This document shows positions 19,735 through 28,923 of a stretch of DNA of 64,000 bases, one piece after another. The stretch spans positions 4,231-68,230 of the forward strand of contig JAJFUF010000037.1 in assembly GCA_021372495.1 (NCBI GenBank), given 5' to 3'. A program made the position numbers and the translations under genes. Position 1 is the first letter of the stretch. Every line of letters starts with the position of its first letter. The notes under the pieces are model-generated. The model had not been told where the DNA came from, ran no database searches, and was given only the letters and a program-made list of their open reading frames with translations. Source of the stretch: Lysobacteraceae bacterium. GTDB taxonomy: Bacteria; Pseudomonadota; Gammaproteobacteria; Xanthomonadales; Rhodanobacteraceae.

Positions 19735-20126
19735 GGCGCAGGCTCGCCGACGGTCCGCCTCGCCGCGGGCAGGCCGTCGATGACGCGGCGCAAGCGCGCG
19801 AAGTCGATCGGCTTGGGCAGGAAGGCGACGGCGCCCGCCGCCAGCGCATGCTCGGCTTCGTCCTTCAGCACGTGCGCGGAAAGCACGATCACCGGCGCCA
19901 CGTGCGCGCGCGGCTCGCGCCGCAGCCGTTCCAGGAACGCCCAGCCGTCCATGCCGGGCAGGTTGAGGTCGAGCAGGACGAAGTCGAATGCGCGCGCGGC
20001 GAGCGCATCCAGCCCTTCCTCGGCGCTCGCCACGCGGTACACCGCGATGCCGTCGCGGCCGAGTCGGCGCTCCAGCAGGTAGGCATGGTTGTCGTCGTCC
20101 TCGACGCAGAGCGCGGTCGCGTTCAC
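19731..20126 (-). CDS. stand-alone CheY-like response regulator
   Basis: 131 aa from GTG 20126. A GTGA overlap joins it to the kinase stop and an ATGA overlap to the next gene. REC motifs are [16 protein letters not shown] and PKP. Confidence 0.8.
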   Translation of the reverse strand: MNATALCVEDDDNHAYLLERRLGRDGIAVYRVASAEEGLDALAARAFDFVLLDLNLPGMDGWAFLERLRREPRAHVAPVIVLSAHVLKDEAEHALAAGAVAFLPKPIDFARLRRVIDGLPAARRTVGEPAP

Positions 20127-23086
20127 GCGCCCTCCCCGGTCGGGCTCGCGCCCAGCGCGGCGAGGGTCGAACGCACCCGCACCAGCATGGCCTCGATGTC
20201 GCCGCCGCTCTTGCGCATCAGCTCGGTCGCGCGCCCGTCCAGCATGCGCACCACGTCCGGCGAGAGCTCGGCGGCGCTGACCAGGATCACGGGCACGTCG
20301 CGCAGGCGCGCATCGGCGTGCATCGTTTCCAGCACGGCGATGCCGTCCATGTTCGGCATCATCAGGTCGAGCAGCATCAGTTCCGCGGGGCGGTGGCGCA
20401 GCGCGGCCAGCGCCTCGACGCCGTCGCGGGCCTCGTCCACCTGCCAGCCCTCGGCGCGCAGGCGGCGGGCGATCTGGTAGCGGAAATCCGGGTCGTCGTC
20501 GGCCACGATCGCGCGCGGACCGTCCACGCGCTGCGCGAACCGCCGCGCCAGCGCCAGCAGGCGCTCGCGCTCGAACGGCTTGGTCAGGTGCTCGACCACG
20601 CCGAGCGAGACCCCGCGCTGGTCGGCGTCGGTGATCGTGCACACGATCACCGGCACGTCGCGGAATTCCGCGTCGGCGCGCAGCGCCGCCAGCACGTCCC
20701 AGCCGCTCATGTCGCCAAGCAGGATGTCCAGCACCAGCAGCGCGGGCCGGACCTCGCGCACCGCCGCCAGCGCCTCCGCGCCCGAGCGCGCCGGCTGCAC
20801 GCGGAAACCCGCGCGTTCGAGGGTCGTTACCGCCAGCAGCAGCGCGTTCGGATCGTCGTCGGCGACCACGATCAGGTCGCCGGCATGCGGCGCGCGCGCA
20901 GCCGGGGCCGGCGCCGCCGCGCGCGCAGCCTGCCCGTCGACCAGCGGCAGGGTCACGGTGAACACGGAGCCGGCGCCCGGCGTGCTCGCGACCTCGATGT
21001 CGCCGCCCATCAGGCCGCACAGTTGGCGGCAGATGCTGAGGCCGAGGCCGGTGCCGCCGTAGCGCCGCGCGATCGTCTGGTCGGCCTGGCGGAATGGTTC
21101 GAAGATGCGTTCGACCTGCTCCGGCGCGATGCCGATGCCGGTGTCGGCGACGGCCACGACCAGGCGCGAGCCGTGCGTCGTCCCGCTCACGTCGACCGCG
21201 ACGGAAACGTGGCCGTCGCGGGTGAACTTGCAGGCGTTGCTCAGCAGGTTGAACAGGATCTGCTTGACCCGCGTGCTGTCCAGCGACACCACGCCGGGGT
21301 CGGCGGCGAAACGCACGTCGATGCGATTGCCGTGGGCCTTGGCCAGCGGCTGCACCGTGCCGACCACGGTGTCGACGAGATCGCGCACGCGGCACGGCTC
21401 CGGGTGCAGTTCGACGCGGCCGGCCTCGATCTTCGACAGGTCGAGGATGTCGTTGATCAGCGCCAGCAGGTGGCGACCGGCGTCGACCACCCGCAGCATC
21501 GGCTCGCCGAGCTCCGCGTGGCCGCCCTCGGCGAGTTCCTCCGCCACCAGCTCGCTCAAGCCGATGATGGTGTTGAGCGGCGTGCGCAGCTCATGGCTGA
21601 TGTTGGCGAGGAAGGCCGACTTGGTCAGGTTCGCCGCCTCGGCCTCGGCCTTGGCCAGGCGCAGCGCCTGCTCGAGCTGCACGTGTTCGGTGACGTCGGC
21701 GCGCACCGCGGCGACGCCGCGGATGGCGCCGTCGGCATTGCGCACCGGGAAGCGGATCGCCAGGAACGTGTGCTCGCCGTCGGGCATCGCGACGGTCTCC
21801 TCGAAGCTGGTTTCGCGCCCGCTGGCCATCACCGCGCTGTCGTGCGCCATCACGCGGGCGGCATCCTGCGGCAGCAGCAGGTCGTCCAGGCGCCTGCCGT
21901 ACATCCCCTCCACCGTGCGGCCGAAGCTGGCCGCAACCGCCTCGTTGGCCTCGACGATGCGGCCCTCGCGGTCTTTCACCGTGATCAGCAGCCCGGAGTG
22001 GCGGAACAACTCGCGTTGCAGGCGGGCGCTGTCGCGCAACTGTTCGCGCGCGGCCGCGGCGCGCTGCGAGAGCAGCGTGATCCACCCGGCGAGGCCAAGC
22101 AGCGCGGCGGCGACCAGCGCGCCGGCCAGGCCGCGGCGCGGCGTCAGCAGCAGCGTCGCCAGCCCCGGCGGCCGCTGCAGCGCCACGATATGGAGCCGGC
22201 CGTCGCCTCGCGCCGCCGGGTTCGCCGCGTCGGGATCGAAGGTGGTGAAAACGGCCAGCGCATCGCCCGACCGAATCTGGCCCGCGGATTCGCCTGCCGG
22301 CGCGCGCCACCCGCCGCGGGACGCCGCGGCCAGGAGCTGCGGCGCCTGCCGCGGATCGAGGAACCCCCAGCTGCCCGCGCCGGTCGGGCCCAGCACCACG
22401 CGACCGTTCGCGTCGACCAGCCGCAGTTCGCCATGCGCCTTGGCGGCATCGTCGCGCAGACGCTCGATCAGCGCGTCGCCCTCGACGTTGATCAGCAGCG
22501 ATCCCTTGCGCGCGCCGTCCGCGCCGAACACCGGCACGCCGATGCGGAACATCGGCCGGATCGGAATCTCGAGGGCGCCGTGCTCGACATTGGCGTCGAG
22601 CCCCGACACGTAGGTCGTGCCCGCCGGCAACGCGGCGAGGGCGCGCACGAAATAGCGCTCGCCCTTGTCCTGCAATTCGGCGTCGGGCACCCGCCAGACG
22701 CGGCCGTCGCGATGGTCGACGCGCAGTACTTCGCGTCCGGCGGCGTCGATCAGGCGCAGCTTGGCGTAGACACGCCGCGTGCGGGCCAGCCGCTCGAACA
22801 GCACGGCCGCGCGATCGAGCTCGGCAGGCGTGCGCGCGGCCAGCGCGGCGCCGACGTCGGCGGCGACGAAGGCGGCATCGCCGCTGGCGGTCGAGGTCGC
22901 CGTGCGCAGGGTGCGTTGCGCCAATTCGACCACGCCGCGGTCGTGCGCCATCCACTCGGCCATGTCCTGGCGCCGCGCCAGGACCAGCAGGCCGAGCGCA
23001 AGCAGCGCCGCCGGAACCAGCAGCAGCGCATAGACCACCGACAGCCACCGCGCGAACCGCCACCACCCTCTTGCCGGCATGGCCAC
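20123..23086 (-). CDS. hybrid sensor histidine kinase (periplasmic sensor-PAS-HisKA-HATPase-REC-REC)
   Basis: 987-aa ORF with two TM segments flanking a ~270-aa periplasmic domain. It has the H-box [10 protein letters not shown], ATPase G-boxes DTGIGI and GGTGLGLSI, and two C-terminal receiver domains. Confidence 0.9.
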   Translation of the reverse strand: MAMPARGWWRFARWLSVVYALLLVPAALLALGLLVLARRQDMAEWMAHDRGVVELAQRTLRTATSTASGDAAFVAADVGAALAARTPAELDRAAVLFERLARTRRVYAKLRLIDAAGREVLRVDHRDGRVWRVPDAELQDKGERYFVRALAALPAGTTYVSGLDANVEHGALEIPIRPMFRIGVPVFGADGARKGSLLINVEGDALIERLRDDAAKAHGELRLVDANGRVVLGPTGAGSWGFLDPRQAPQLLAAASRGGWRAPAGESAGQIRSGDALAVFTTFDPDAANPAARGDGRLHIVALQRPPGLATLLLTPRRGLAGALVAAALLGLAGWITLLSQRAAAAREQLRDSARLQRELFRHSGLLITVKDREGRIVEANEAVAASFGRTVEGMYGRRLDDLLLPQDAARVMAHDSAVMASGRETSFEETVAMPDGEHTFLAIRFPVRNADGAIRGVAAVRADVTEHVQLEQALRLAKAEAEAANLTKSAFLANISHELRTPLNTIIGLSELVAEELAEGGHAELGEPMLRVVDAGRHLLALINDILDLSKIEAGRVELHPEPCRVRDLVDTVVGTVQPLAKAHGNRIDVRFAADPGVVSLDSTRVKQILFNLLSNACKFTRDGHVSVAVDVSGTTHGSRLVVAVADTGIGIAPEQVERIFEPFRQADQTIARRYGGTGLGLSICRQLCGLMGGDIEVASTPGAGSVFTVTLPLVDGQAARAAAPAPAARAPHAGDLIVVADDDPNALLLAVTTLERAGFRVQPARSGAEALAAVREVRPALLVLDILLGDMSGWDVLAALRADAEFRDVPVIVCTITDADQRGVSLGVVEHLTKPFERERLLALARRFAQRVDGPRAIVADDDPDFRYQIARRLRAEGWQVDEARDGVEALAALRHRPAELMLLDLMMPNMDGIAVLETMHADARLRDVPVILVSAAELSPDVVRMLDGRATELMRKSGGDIEAMLVRVRSTLAALGASPTGEGA

Positions 23087-23215
23087 CCTCCGTGGAGCGT
23101 GAGGCCGAAGCGACCGGCGCGGCTGCGCGCAGCCTTTATCCGGCCGGACGGCCGGACGCTACCACCATGGGCGATGTGGTGGAAGTATACAAAGCAACTG
23201 CGGACGGATGGCCGT

Positions 23216-23905
23216 CTACGCGAACGCGGCCTCGACCAGCGCATCCGCGTGCAGCGCGGTGGTGTCGAACAGCGGCAGGGCGACGTCGCCGGCATCGATC
23301 AGCATGCAGATCTCGGTGCAGCCGAGCAGCACGCCCTGCGCGCCGTCGGCGGCCAGCGCGTCGACGATGGCGCGGTAGCGCGCGCGCGACGCCTCGAGGA
23401 TGTCGCCGCGGCACAGCTCGCCGAAGATCACGCGGTCGACCTCGGCGCGCGCCTCGGCATCCGGCACCAGCGTCTCGATGCCGTGGCGGGCGAGGCGCTC
23501 GCGGTAGAAATCCTGCTCCATGGTGAAGCGCGTGCCGAGCAGACCGGTGCGGGCGATGCCGGCCGCGCGCAGCGCCGCGCCGGCGACGTCGGCGATGTGC
23601 AGCAGCGGCACGTCCACCGCCGCCTCGACCGCACCGGCGACCTTGTGCATGGTGTTGGTGGCGATGCCGAGCACGCCGGCGCCGGCCGCCTCGAGCGCGC
23701 GTGCCGCCCCGGCCAGCACTTCGCCGGCGCGCGCCCACTCGCCGGCGCGCTGCATGGCGGCGATCTCGGCGAAGTCCAGCGAGTGGACGATGCAGCGCGC
23801 CGAATGCAGGCCGCCGAGCCGCTCGGCGACGCGCCGGTTGAGGTGGCGGTAGTAGAGCGCGGTCGATTCCCAGCTCATGCCGCCGATCAGGCCGATGGTT
23901 TTCAC
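23216..23905 (-). CDS. aspartate/glutamate racemase family protein
   Basis: 229-aa ORF with family motifs IGGMSWEST, GIATNTMH and LLGCTEI. The first catalytic position is Thr rather than Cys. Confidence 0.85.
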   Translation of the reverse strand: MKTIGLIGGMSWESTALYYRHLNRRVAERLGGLHSARCIVHSLDFAEIAAMQRAGEWARAGEVLAGAARALEAAGAGVLGIATNTMHKVAGAVEAAVDVPLLHIADVAGAALRAAGIARTGLLGTRFTMEQDFYRERLARHGIETLVPDAEARAEVDRVIFGELCRGDILEASRARYRAIVDALAADGAQGVLLGCTEICMLIDAGDVALPLFDTTALHADALVEAAFA

Positions 23906-24045
23906 GCGCGTTCCTCCCGCGACAAATGGTTCCGCAGGCTCCCGACTCTAGCGGAGCCGCGCAAGCGCGCCCTGACCGCCGGCATGGCGCGCAGTGCGAT
24001 TTCGTGCTTGGCCGCCGCAGGCGCGCGCCGGCTACACTTGCGCAC

Positions 24046-25023
24046 ATGGCTCCCCCCATCCGACCGCGGCGCGCGAGCGTGCGCCCGCGCGCCACGCGCC
24101 CCGAGGACAGCTCCACCCGCGCCGCGCGCGTGCTCGACGCGCTGCTGGCGCGCCTGCCGCCGCGCCTGCGCGGCAAGGCGCGCGACTACCTGGTGCTGAC
24201 GCGCATGGACCGCCCGGTCGGCGCGCTGCTGCTGCTGTGGCCGACCTGGTGGGCGTTGTGGCTGGCCGCCGGCGACTTCCCGCCGTGGAAGCCGCTGCTG
24301 GTGTTCACGCTGGGCGTGTTCGTGATGCGCGCCGCCGGCTGCGCGATCAACGACTACGCCGACCGCGACCTCGATCCGCTGGTGCAGCGCACCGCCGGCC
24401 GCCCGCTGGCGAACGGCCGCGTGCAACCGCGCGAGGCGCTGACCGTGTTCGCCGCGCTGCTCGGCGTCGCCTTCCTGCTGGTGCTGCTGACCAACGCGCT
24501 GACTGTCAAGCTAGCGTTCGTCGGCGCCGCGCTGGCGGCGATCTATCCCTTCAGCAAGCGCTACACGCACCTGCCGCAGGTGGTGCTGGGCGCGGCGTTC
24601 GGCTGGTCGATCCCGATGGCGTTCGCGGCGGTGACGAACGGCCTGCCGCCGCTGGCCTGGCTGCTGTTCCTCGGCAATGTGCTGTGGTCGACGATCTACG
24701 ACACCGAGTATGCGATGGTCGACCGCGAGGACGACATCAAGGCCGGCGCCAAGTCGACCGCGATCCTGTTCGGCGACGACGACCTCGTCATCGTCGGCGT
24801 GCTGATGGGCACGTTCATGCTGACGATGGCGTTCGTCGGCACGCGCGCGCAGCTCGGCTGGCCGTACTGGCTGGCGCTGGCCGCCGCCGCCGCGCTGTTC
24901 GTGCGCCAGCAGTGGACGATGCGCGACCGCGGCCGCGCGCACTGCCTCGCCGCGTTCCGCCAGAACAACGCGCTGGGCATGACGCTGTGGGCGGGCATCG
25001 CGCTGGCGCTGGCGCTGCGCTGA
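24046..25023 (+). CDS. ubiA: 4-hydroxybenzoate polyprenyltransferase
   Basis: UbiA motifs NDYADRDLD and YDTEYAMVDREDD. There is strong collinearity with the remembered E. coli UbiA sequence (KRYTHLPQVVLGAAFGWSIPMAFAAV). The start is uncertain: ATG 24046 or GTG 24130. Confidence 0.85.
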   Translation: MAPPIRPRRASVRPRATRPEDSSTRAARVLDALLARLPPRLRGKARDYLVLTRMDRPVGALLLLWPTWWALWLAAGDFPPWKPLLVFTLGVFVMRAAGCAINDYADRDLDPLVQRTAGRPLANGRVQPREALTVFAALLGVAFLLVLLTNALTVKLAFVGAALAAIYPFSKRYTHLPQVVLGAAFGWSIPMAFAAVTNGLPPLAWLLFLGNVLWSTIYDTEYAMVDREDDIKAGAKSTAILFGDDDLVIVGVLMGTFMLTMAFVGTRAQLGWPYWLALAAAAALFVRQQWTMRDRGRAHCLAAFRQNNALGMTLWAGIALALALR

Positions 25024-25039
25024 GCGGCGGCGCGGCGGC

Positions 25040-25345
25040 TCAGCCTGTCGCGTCGAACAGTCCGGTGGCGGCGACGGCGGGGTGCTGCTTGCTGGCGACG
25101 AACTCGATCACCTCGTGGCGGGCCACGCCGGCGCGCGCGAACGGATCGTCGGCGAGCAGCGCGTCCAGGCGCTCGCGCGGCATCGCCCGCACCAGGATCA
25201 CGCCACCAGTGCGCGGCACCTTCGGCCCGGAGGCGAGGAAATCGCCGGCCGCATAGCGGCGGTCCAGCCAGACGCGGTGCGCCTCGACCTGCGCGTCGAC
25301 TTCGGCGAGCGGACGCAGGTCGTAGTGCAGGCTGACGACGTACAT
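25040..25345 (-). CDS. YciI-like family protein
   Basis: 101 aa from ATG 25345 with YciI-like length and sequence pattern (GDFLASGP, GGVILV, DPFARAGV). Confidence 0.75.
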   Translation of the reverse strand: MYVVSLHYDLRPLAEVDAQVEAHRVWLDRRYAAGDFLASGPKVPRTGGVILVRAMPRERLDALLADDPFARAGVARHEVIEFVASKQHPAVAATGLFDATG

Positions 25346-25419
25346 GCGGATCTCCAGCGAATGAAGCGCGTTACTGTAGCGTCGGCACGCGGGCGCGATC
25401 CATCTGCCGCCAACCTGGG

Positions 25420-26133
25420 TCACGGCGCGGCGGCGCGCGCCAGCGTCCACACCTCGACGCGCGCGACGCCGGCGCGCTTCAGCACGCGCGCGCACTCGGC
25501 AAGGGTGGCGCCGGTGGTGGCGACGTCGTCCAGCACGGCGACGTGCGCCGGCAGCTGCGCATCCGCCGCCGCGAACGCGCCGCGCACGTTGCGCCGGCGC
25601 GCCACGGCGCCCAGCTCCGACTGCGCGCCGGTGGCGCGCACGCGGCGCAGCGCGCGCGGCGCCAGCGGCAGCCCGAGCGCGCGCGCCAGCGGCTGCGCCA
25701 GCTCCAGCGCCTGGTTGTAGCCGCGCGTGCGCAGGCGCTGCGCGTGCAGCGGTACCGGCACCAGGCAGGCCGGCAGCGGCGCCGGCGCGGCCGCCGCGGC
25801 CCACAGCATCGCCAGCGTGCGGCCGGCGGCGAGATTGCCGCCGAACTTGAAGCGGGTGACCAGATGGTCCAGCGGCCAGGCGTAGCGGAATGGCGCCCAC
25901 GCCGCGTCCCACGGCGGCGGCCGCCGCTGGCAGGCGCCGCACAGCGCCGCCGGCGCCGGCAGCGGAATCGCACAACGGGCGCAGCAGGCGGCGTTGCGCG
26001 GCAACTCGGCGGCGCAGGCGGCGCACAGATCGCGGTCGGCGTCGCCGGGCGCGCCGCACAGCAGGCAGCGCGCCGGCAGCAGCATGCGGCGCAGCGGCCG
26101 CCAGACGCGCATCGGCGCGGAAACGCAGGACAT
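25420..26133 (-). CDS. comF: ComF-family protein (phosphoribosyltransferase domain)
   Basis: 237-aa ORF with N-terminal CxxC pairs and the PRTase motif VAVLDDVATTGATL. It is divergent from bioB. Confidence 0.85.
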   Translation of the reverse strand: MSCVSAPMRVWRPLRRMLLPARCLLCGAPGDADRDLCAACAAELPRNAACCARCAIPLPAPAALCGACQRRPPPWDAAWAPFRYAWPLDHLVTRFKFGGNLAAGRTLAMLWAAAAAPAPLPACLVPVPLHAQRLRTRGYNQALELAQPLARALGLPLAPRALRRVRATGAQSELGAVARRRNVRGAFAAADAQLPAHVAVLDDVATTGATLAECARVLKRAGVARVEVWTLARAAAP

Positions 26134-26231
26134 GCGGGCCTCCCTGCCGCGGACGTTCGGCCACGATCCTAGCCGGGCGCGGCGGCGGCGCCTGCCGGCG
26201 GCAGGCCCGACGCGGCGTCGGCGCTCCTCCC

Positions 26232-26261
26232 GTCAACCGCACCGACCGGCGCGCGGTTGAC
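26232..26261. promoter_or_regulatory. candidate BirA-type bio operator (GTCAACC-N16-GGTTGAC)
   Basis: Perfect 7-bp inverted arms separated by 16 bp, 53-82 nt upstream of the bioB ATG. The half-site resembles the TGTAAACC/GGTTTACA arms of the E. coli bioO. Confidence 0.45.
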
Positions 26262-26313
26262 AGCCTTCCGGCCCGCTGCGCACACTCCCGCCATTCCGTA
26301 CCGGAGCATCCCG

Positions 26314-27525
26314 ATGGCCGAGGCCGCGATCCGCCACGATTGGACGCGCGAGGAAGCGCTGGCGCTGCTGGCGCTGCCGTTCAACGACCTGCTGCATCGC
26401 GCGCACGACGTGCACCGCCGGCACCACGACCCCAACGCGGTGCAGGTCTCGACCCTGCTGTCGATCAAGACCGGCGGCTGCCCGGAGGACTGCGCCTACT
26501 GCCCGCAGGCGGCGCGCTACCACACCGGCGTCGAGGCGCAGAAGCTGTTGACGGTGGAAGCCGTGGTCGAGCGCGCCGCCGCCGCCAAGGCCGCCGGCGC
26601 CAGCCGCTTCTGCATGGGCGCGGCGTGGCGCGGGCCGAAGGACCGCGACATCGGCAAGGTCGCCGAGATCGTCGCCGCGGTGAAGGCGCTCGGCCTGGAA
26701 ACCTGCGCCACGCTCGGCCTGCTCGGCGACGGCCACGCGGACAAGCTGAAGGCCGCCGGCCTCGACTACTACAATCACAACCTCGACACCGCGCCGGAGT
26801 ACTACGGCGAGATCATCCACACGCGCGAATACCAGGACCGCCTCGACACGCTGGAACAGGTGCGCCGCGCCGGCCTGAAGACCTGCTGCGGCGGCATCGT
26901 CGGCATGGGCGAGACGCGCGAGCAGCGCGCCGGCCTGCTGCAGGCGCTGGCCAACCTGCCCGAGCACCCGCAGTCGGTGCCGATCAACCAGTTGGTGCCG
27001 GTGCCGGGCACGCCGCTGGAGGATGCGCCGAAGCTCGATCCGTTCGAGTTCGTGCGCACCATCGCCGCGGCGCGCCTGATGATGCCGGCCTCGATCGTGC
27101 GCCTGTCCGCCGGGCGCAGCGAGATGAGCGACGAGATGCAGGCGCTGGCCTTCTTCGCCGGCGCCAACTCGATCTTCTACGGCGAGAAGCTGCTGACCAC
27201 CGGCAATCCCGACGTCGAGCAGGACCGCGCGCTGTTCGCGCGGCTCGGCCTGCATCCGATGGAAGTCGCGGTCGAATCCGGCACGGTGCATGCCGACCTG
27301 TTCGCCGCCGACACGGGTTGCGGCGGCGGCTGCGGGTGCAGCAGCGAGGCCGCGGTCCCGCCGCGCACGCTGCGCGGCGCTCCCGTCGTCATCGACGGCG
27401 GCTGCGGCTGTGGCGGCGGCTGTTCCACGGAAGGAAGCTGCGGTTGCGGCGGCGGCAGTTGCGGTTGCGGCAGCGCCGTCGAGGAAACCGGCTGCGGCAG
27501 CGGCTGCGGTTGCGTGGCCGCCTGA
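26314..27525 (+). CDS. bioB: biotin synthase with Cys/Gly-rich C-terminal extension
   Basis: 403 aa from ATG 26314. It has the radical-SAM motif CPEDCAYC and BioB motifs [18 protein letters not shown] and GANSIFYG. The core is collinear with E. coli BioB and is followed by an extra tail (see findings). Confidence 0.9.
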   Translation: MAEAAIRHDWTREEALALLALPFNDLLHRAHDVHRRHHDPNAVQVSTLLSIKTGGCPEDCAYCPQAARYHTGVEAQKLLTVEAVVERAAAAKAAGASRFCMGAAWRGPKDRDIGKVAEIVAAVKALGLETCATLGLLGDGHADKLKAAGLDYYNHNLDTAPEYYGEIIHTREYQDRLDTLEQVRRAGLKTCCGGIVGMGETREQRAGLLQALANLPEHPQSVPINQLVPVPGTPLEDAPKLDPFEFVRTIAAARLMMPASIVRLSAGRSEMSDEMQALAFFAGANSIFYGEKLLTTGNPDVEQDRALFARLGLHPMEVAVESGTVHADLFAADTGCGGGCGCSSEAAVPPRTLRGAPVVIDGGCGCGGGCSTEGSCGCGGGSCGCGSAVEETGCGSGCGCVAA

Positions 27526-27579
27526 CGACGAACCGGCCCCGTCCGCGCGGATCGCGCGGCGGGTCCGGAAAGGGCCAGG

Positions 27580-28794
27580 GTGATCCCGATGTCCCGTCCC
27601 GATCTGCTCGAACGCATCGCTGCCGCCCAGGCCGACCTGGCGCGCGATCATCTGGTGCGCCGCCTGCGCACCGTCGGCGCCGCGGACGGCCCGTGGCTGA
27701 CGCTGGACGGGCGCCGCCTGCTGTCGTTCGCCAGCAACGACTACCTCGGCCTGGCGCAGCATCCCGCGCTGCGCGAGGCGCTGACGGCGGCGGCCGCGCA
27801 GTGGGGCGTCGGCGCCACCGCCGCGCACCTGCTCGGCGGCCACCGCGCGCCGCACGCCGAACTGGAAGCGGCGCTGGCCGCATGGACCGGCCGCGAGAAG
27901 GCGCTGCTGTTCTCGACCGGCTACATGGCCAACCTCGGCGTGCTCGACGCGCTGCTCGGCGAGGGCGACCTGTGCGTGCAGGACCGCCTCAACCACGCCT
28001 GCCTGATCGACGGCGCGCGCCTCGCCGGCTGCGAGCTGAAGCGCTATCCGCACGCCGACGCCGACGGCGCCGCGCGCCAGCTCGCCGGCACGGCGGACGC
28101 CGCCGCGCTGCTCGCCAGCGACGGCGTGTTCAGCATGGACGGCGACGTCGCGCCGCTGGCCGCGCTGGCCGCGCTGTGCAAGCGCGAGGGCGCAACGTTG
28201 ATGGTGGACGACGCGCACGGGCTCGGCGTGCTCGGCCCCGACGGCGCCGGCAGCCTCGCCGCCGCGGGCCTGACGCAGGCCGACGCGCCGGTGCTGATGG
28301 CGACGCTGGGCAAGGCGCTCGGCGTCGCCGGCGCGTTCGTCGCCGGCCCGGCCGTGCTGATCGACGCGCTGGCGCAGTTCGCGCGCACCCACGTCTACAC
28401 CACGGCGACGCCGCCGGCGCTGGCCGCGGCGACGCTGCGCGCGGTGGCGATCGCGCGCGCCGAGGGCGAGCGCCGCGAGCGCCTCATGCGGCTGATCGCT
28501 CTGTTCCGCGACGGCGCGCGCGCGCACGGCCTCGCCCTGCTCGATTCGCCGACGCCGATCCAGCCGGTGCTGGTCGGCGACAGCGGCGCGGCGCTGGCCG
28601 CCGCCGCCGCGCTGGAAGCCGCCGGCTTCTACGTGCCGGCGATCCGTCCGCCGACCGTGCCGCAAGGCAAGGCGCGCCTGCGCGTCACGCTGTCCGCCGC
28701 GCACGCGCCGAGCGACGTCGAGCGCCTGCTCGACGCGCTGGCCGCGGTGCTGAAGGCAACCTCCCTCGCCCCGGCGGGGAGAGGGTCGGGGTGA
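27580..28794 (+). CDS. bioF: 8-amino-7-oxononanoate synthase
   Basis: 404-aa ORF of the alpha-oxoamine synthase family with the PLP Lys in ATLGKALG. Its last codons and stop lie inside a REP-like element. Confidence 0.9.
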   Translation: MIPMSRPDLLERIAAAQADLARDHLVRRLRTVGAADGPWLTLDGRRLLSFASNDYLGLAQHPALREALTAAAAQWGVGATAAHLLGGHRAPHAELEAALAAWTGREKALLFSTGYMANLGVLDALLGEGDLCVQDRLNHACLIDGARLAGCELKRYPHADADGAARQLAGTADAAALLASDGVFSMDGDVAPLAALAALCKREGATLMVDDAHGLGVLGPDGAGSLAAAGLTQADAPVLMATLGKALGVAGAFVAGPAVLIDALAQFARTHVYTTATPPALAAATLRAVAIARAEGERRERLMRLIALFRDGARAHGLALLDSPTPIQPVLVGDSGAALAAAAALEAAGFYVPAIRPPTVPQGKARLRVTLSAAHAPSDVERLLDALAAVLKATSLAPAGRGSG

Positions 28795-28885
28795 GGGGGT
28801 GCCGTCCACAGGACGGCCGCTTCATCGCGACACCAGCGCGCTGCGCGCGTCCCGCTCACCCTGCCTCTCCCCGTGGGGAGAGGGG
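28763..28885. repeat. inverted pair of REP elements of the GGGGAGAGG...GGGTGAGGG type with a central hairpin
   Basis: Unit A at 28763-28797 is CCCTCGCCCCGGCGGGGAGAGGGTCGGGGTGAGGG. Unit B at 28855-28885 is CTCACCCTGCCTCTCCCCGTGGGGAGAGGGG, in opposite orientation. The hairpin GCCGTCCACAGGACGGC lies between them. Confidence 0.55.
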
Positions 28886-28923
28886 AAAATGACTGCAACA
28901 CGATTCCGCCTCCCGATCCTGCA

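Noticed and set aside
19988-24199. 1403-aa ORF on the plus strand. Similar very long track ORFs include 25890-28892, 8784-10913, 38353-40896, 46973-49612 and 58049-60892 (N-terminal part).
   Set aside because: The translations are Arg/Ala/Pro/Gly-rich low-complexity strings with no motifs. They run antisense or out of frame to genes with clear family signatures. Open alternative frames are expected at about 70% GC.
27316-27522. GC-rich short repeats (GGCTGCGGC-type) as a possible CRISPR or non-coding tandem array.
   Set aside because: The repeats are irregular with no repeat-spacer periodicity. They are in frame with bioB with no intervening stop, and they encode Cys/Gly blocks.
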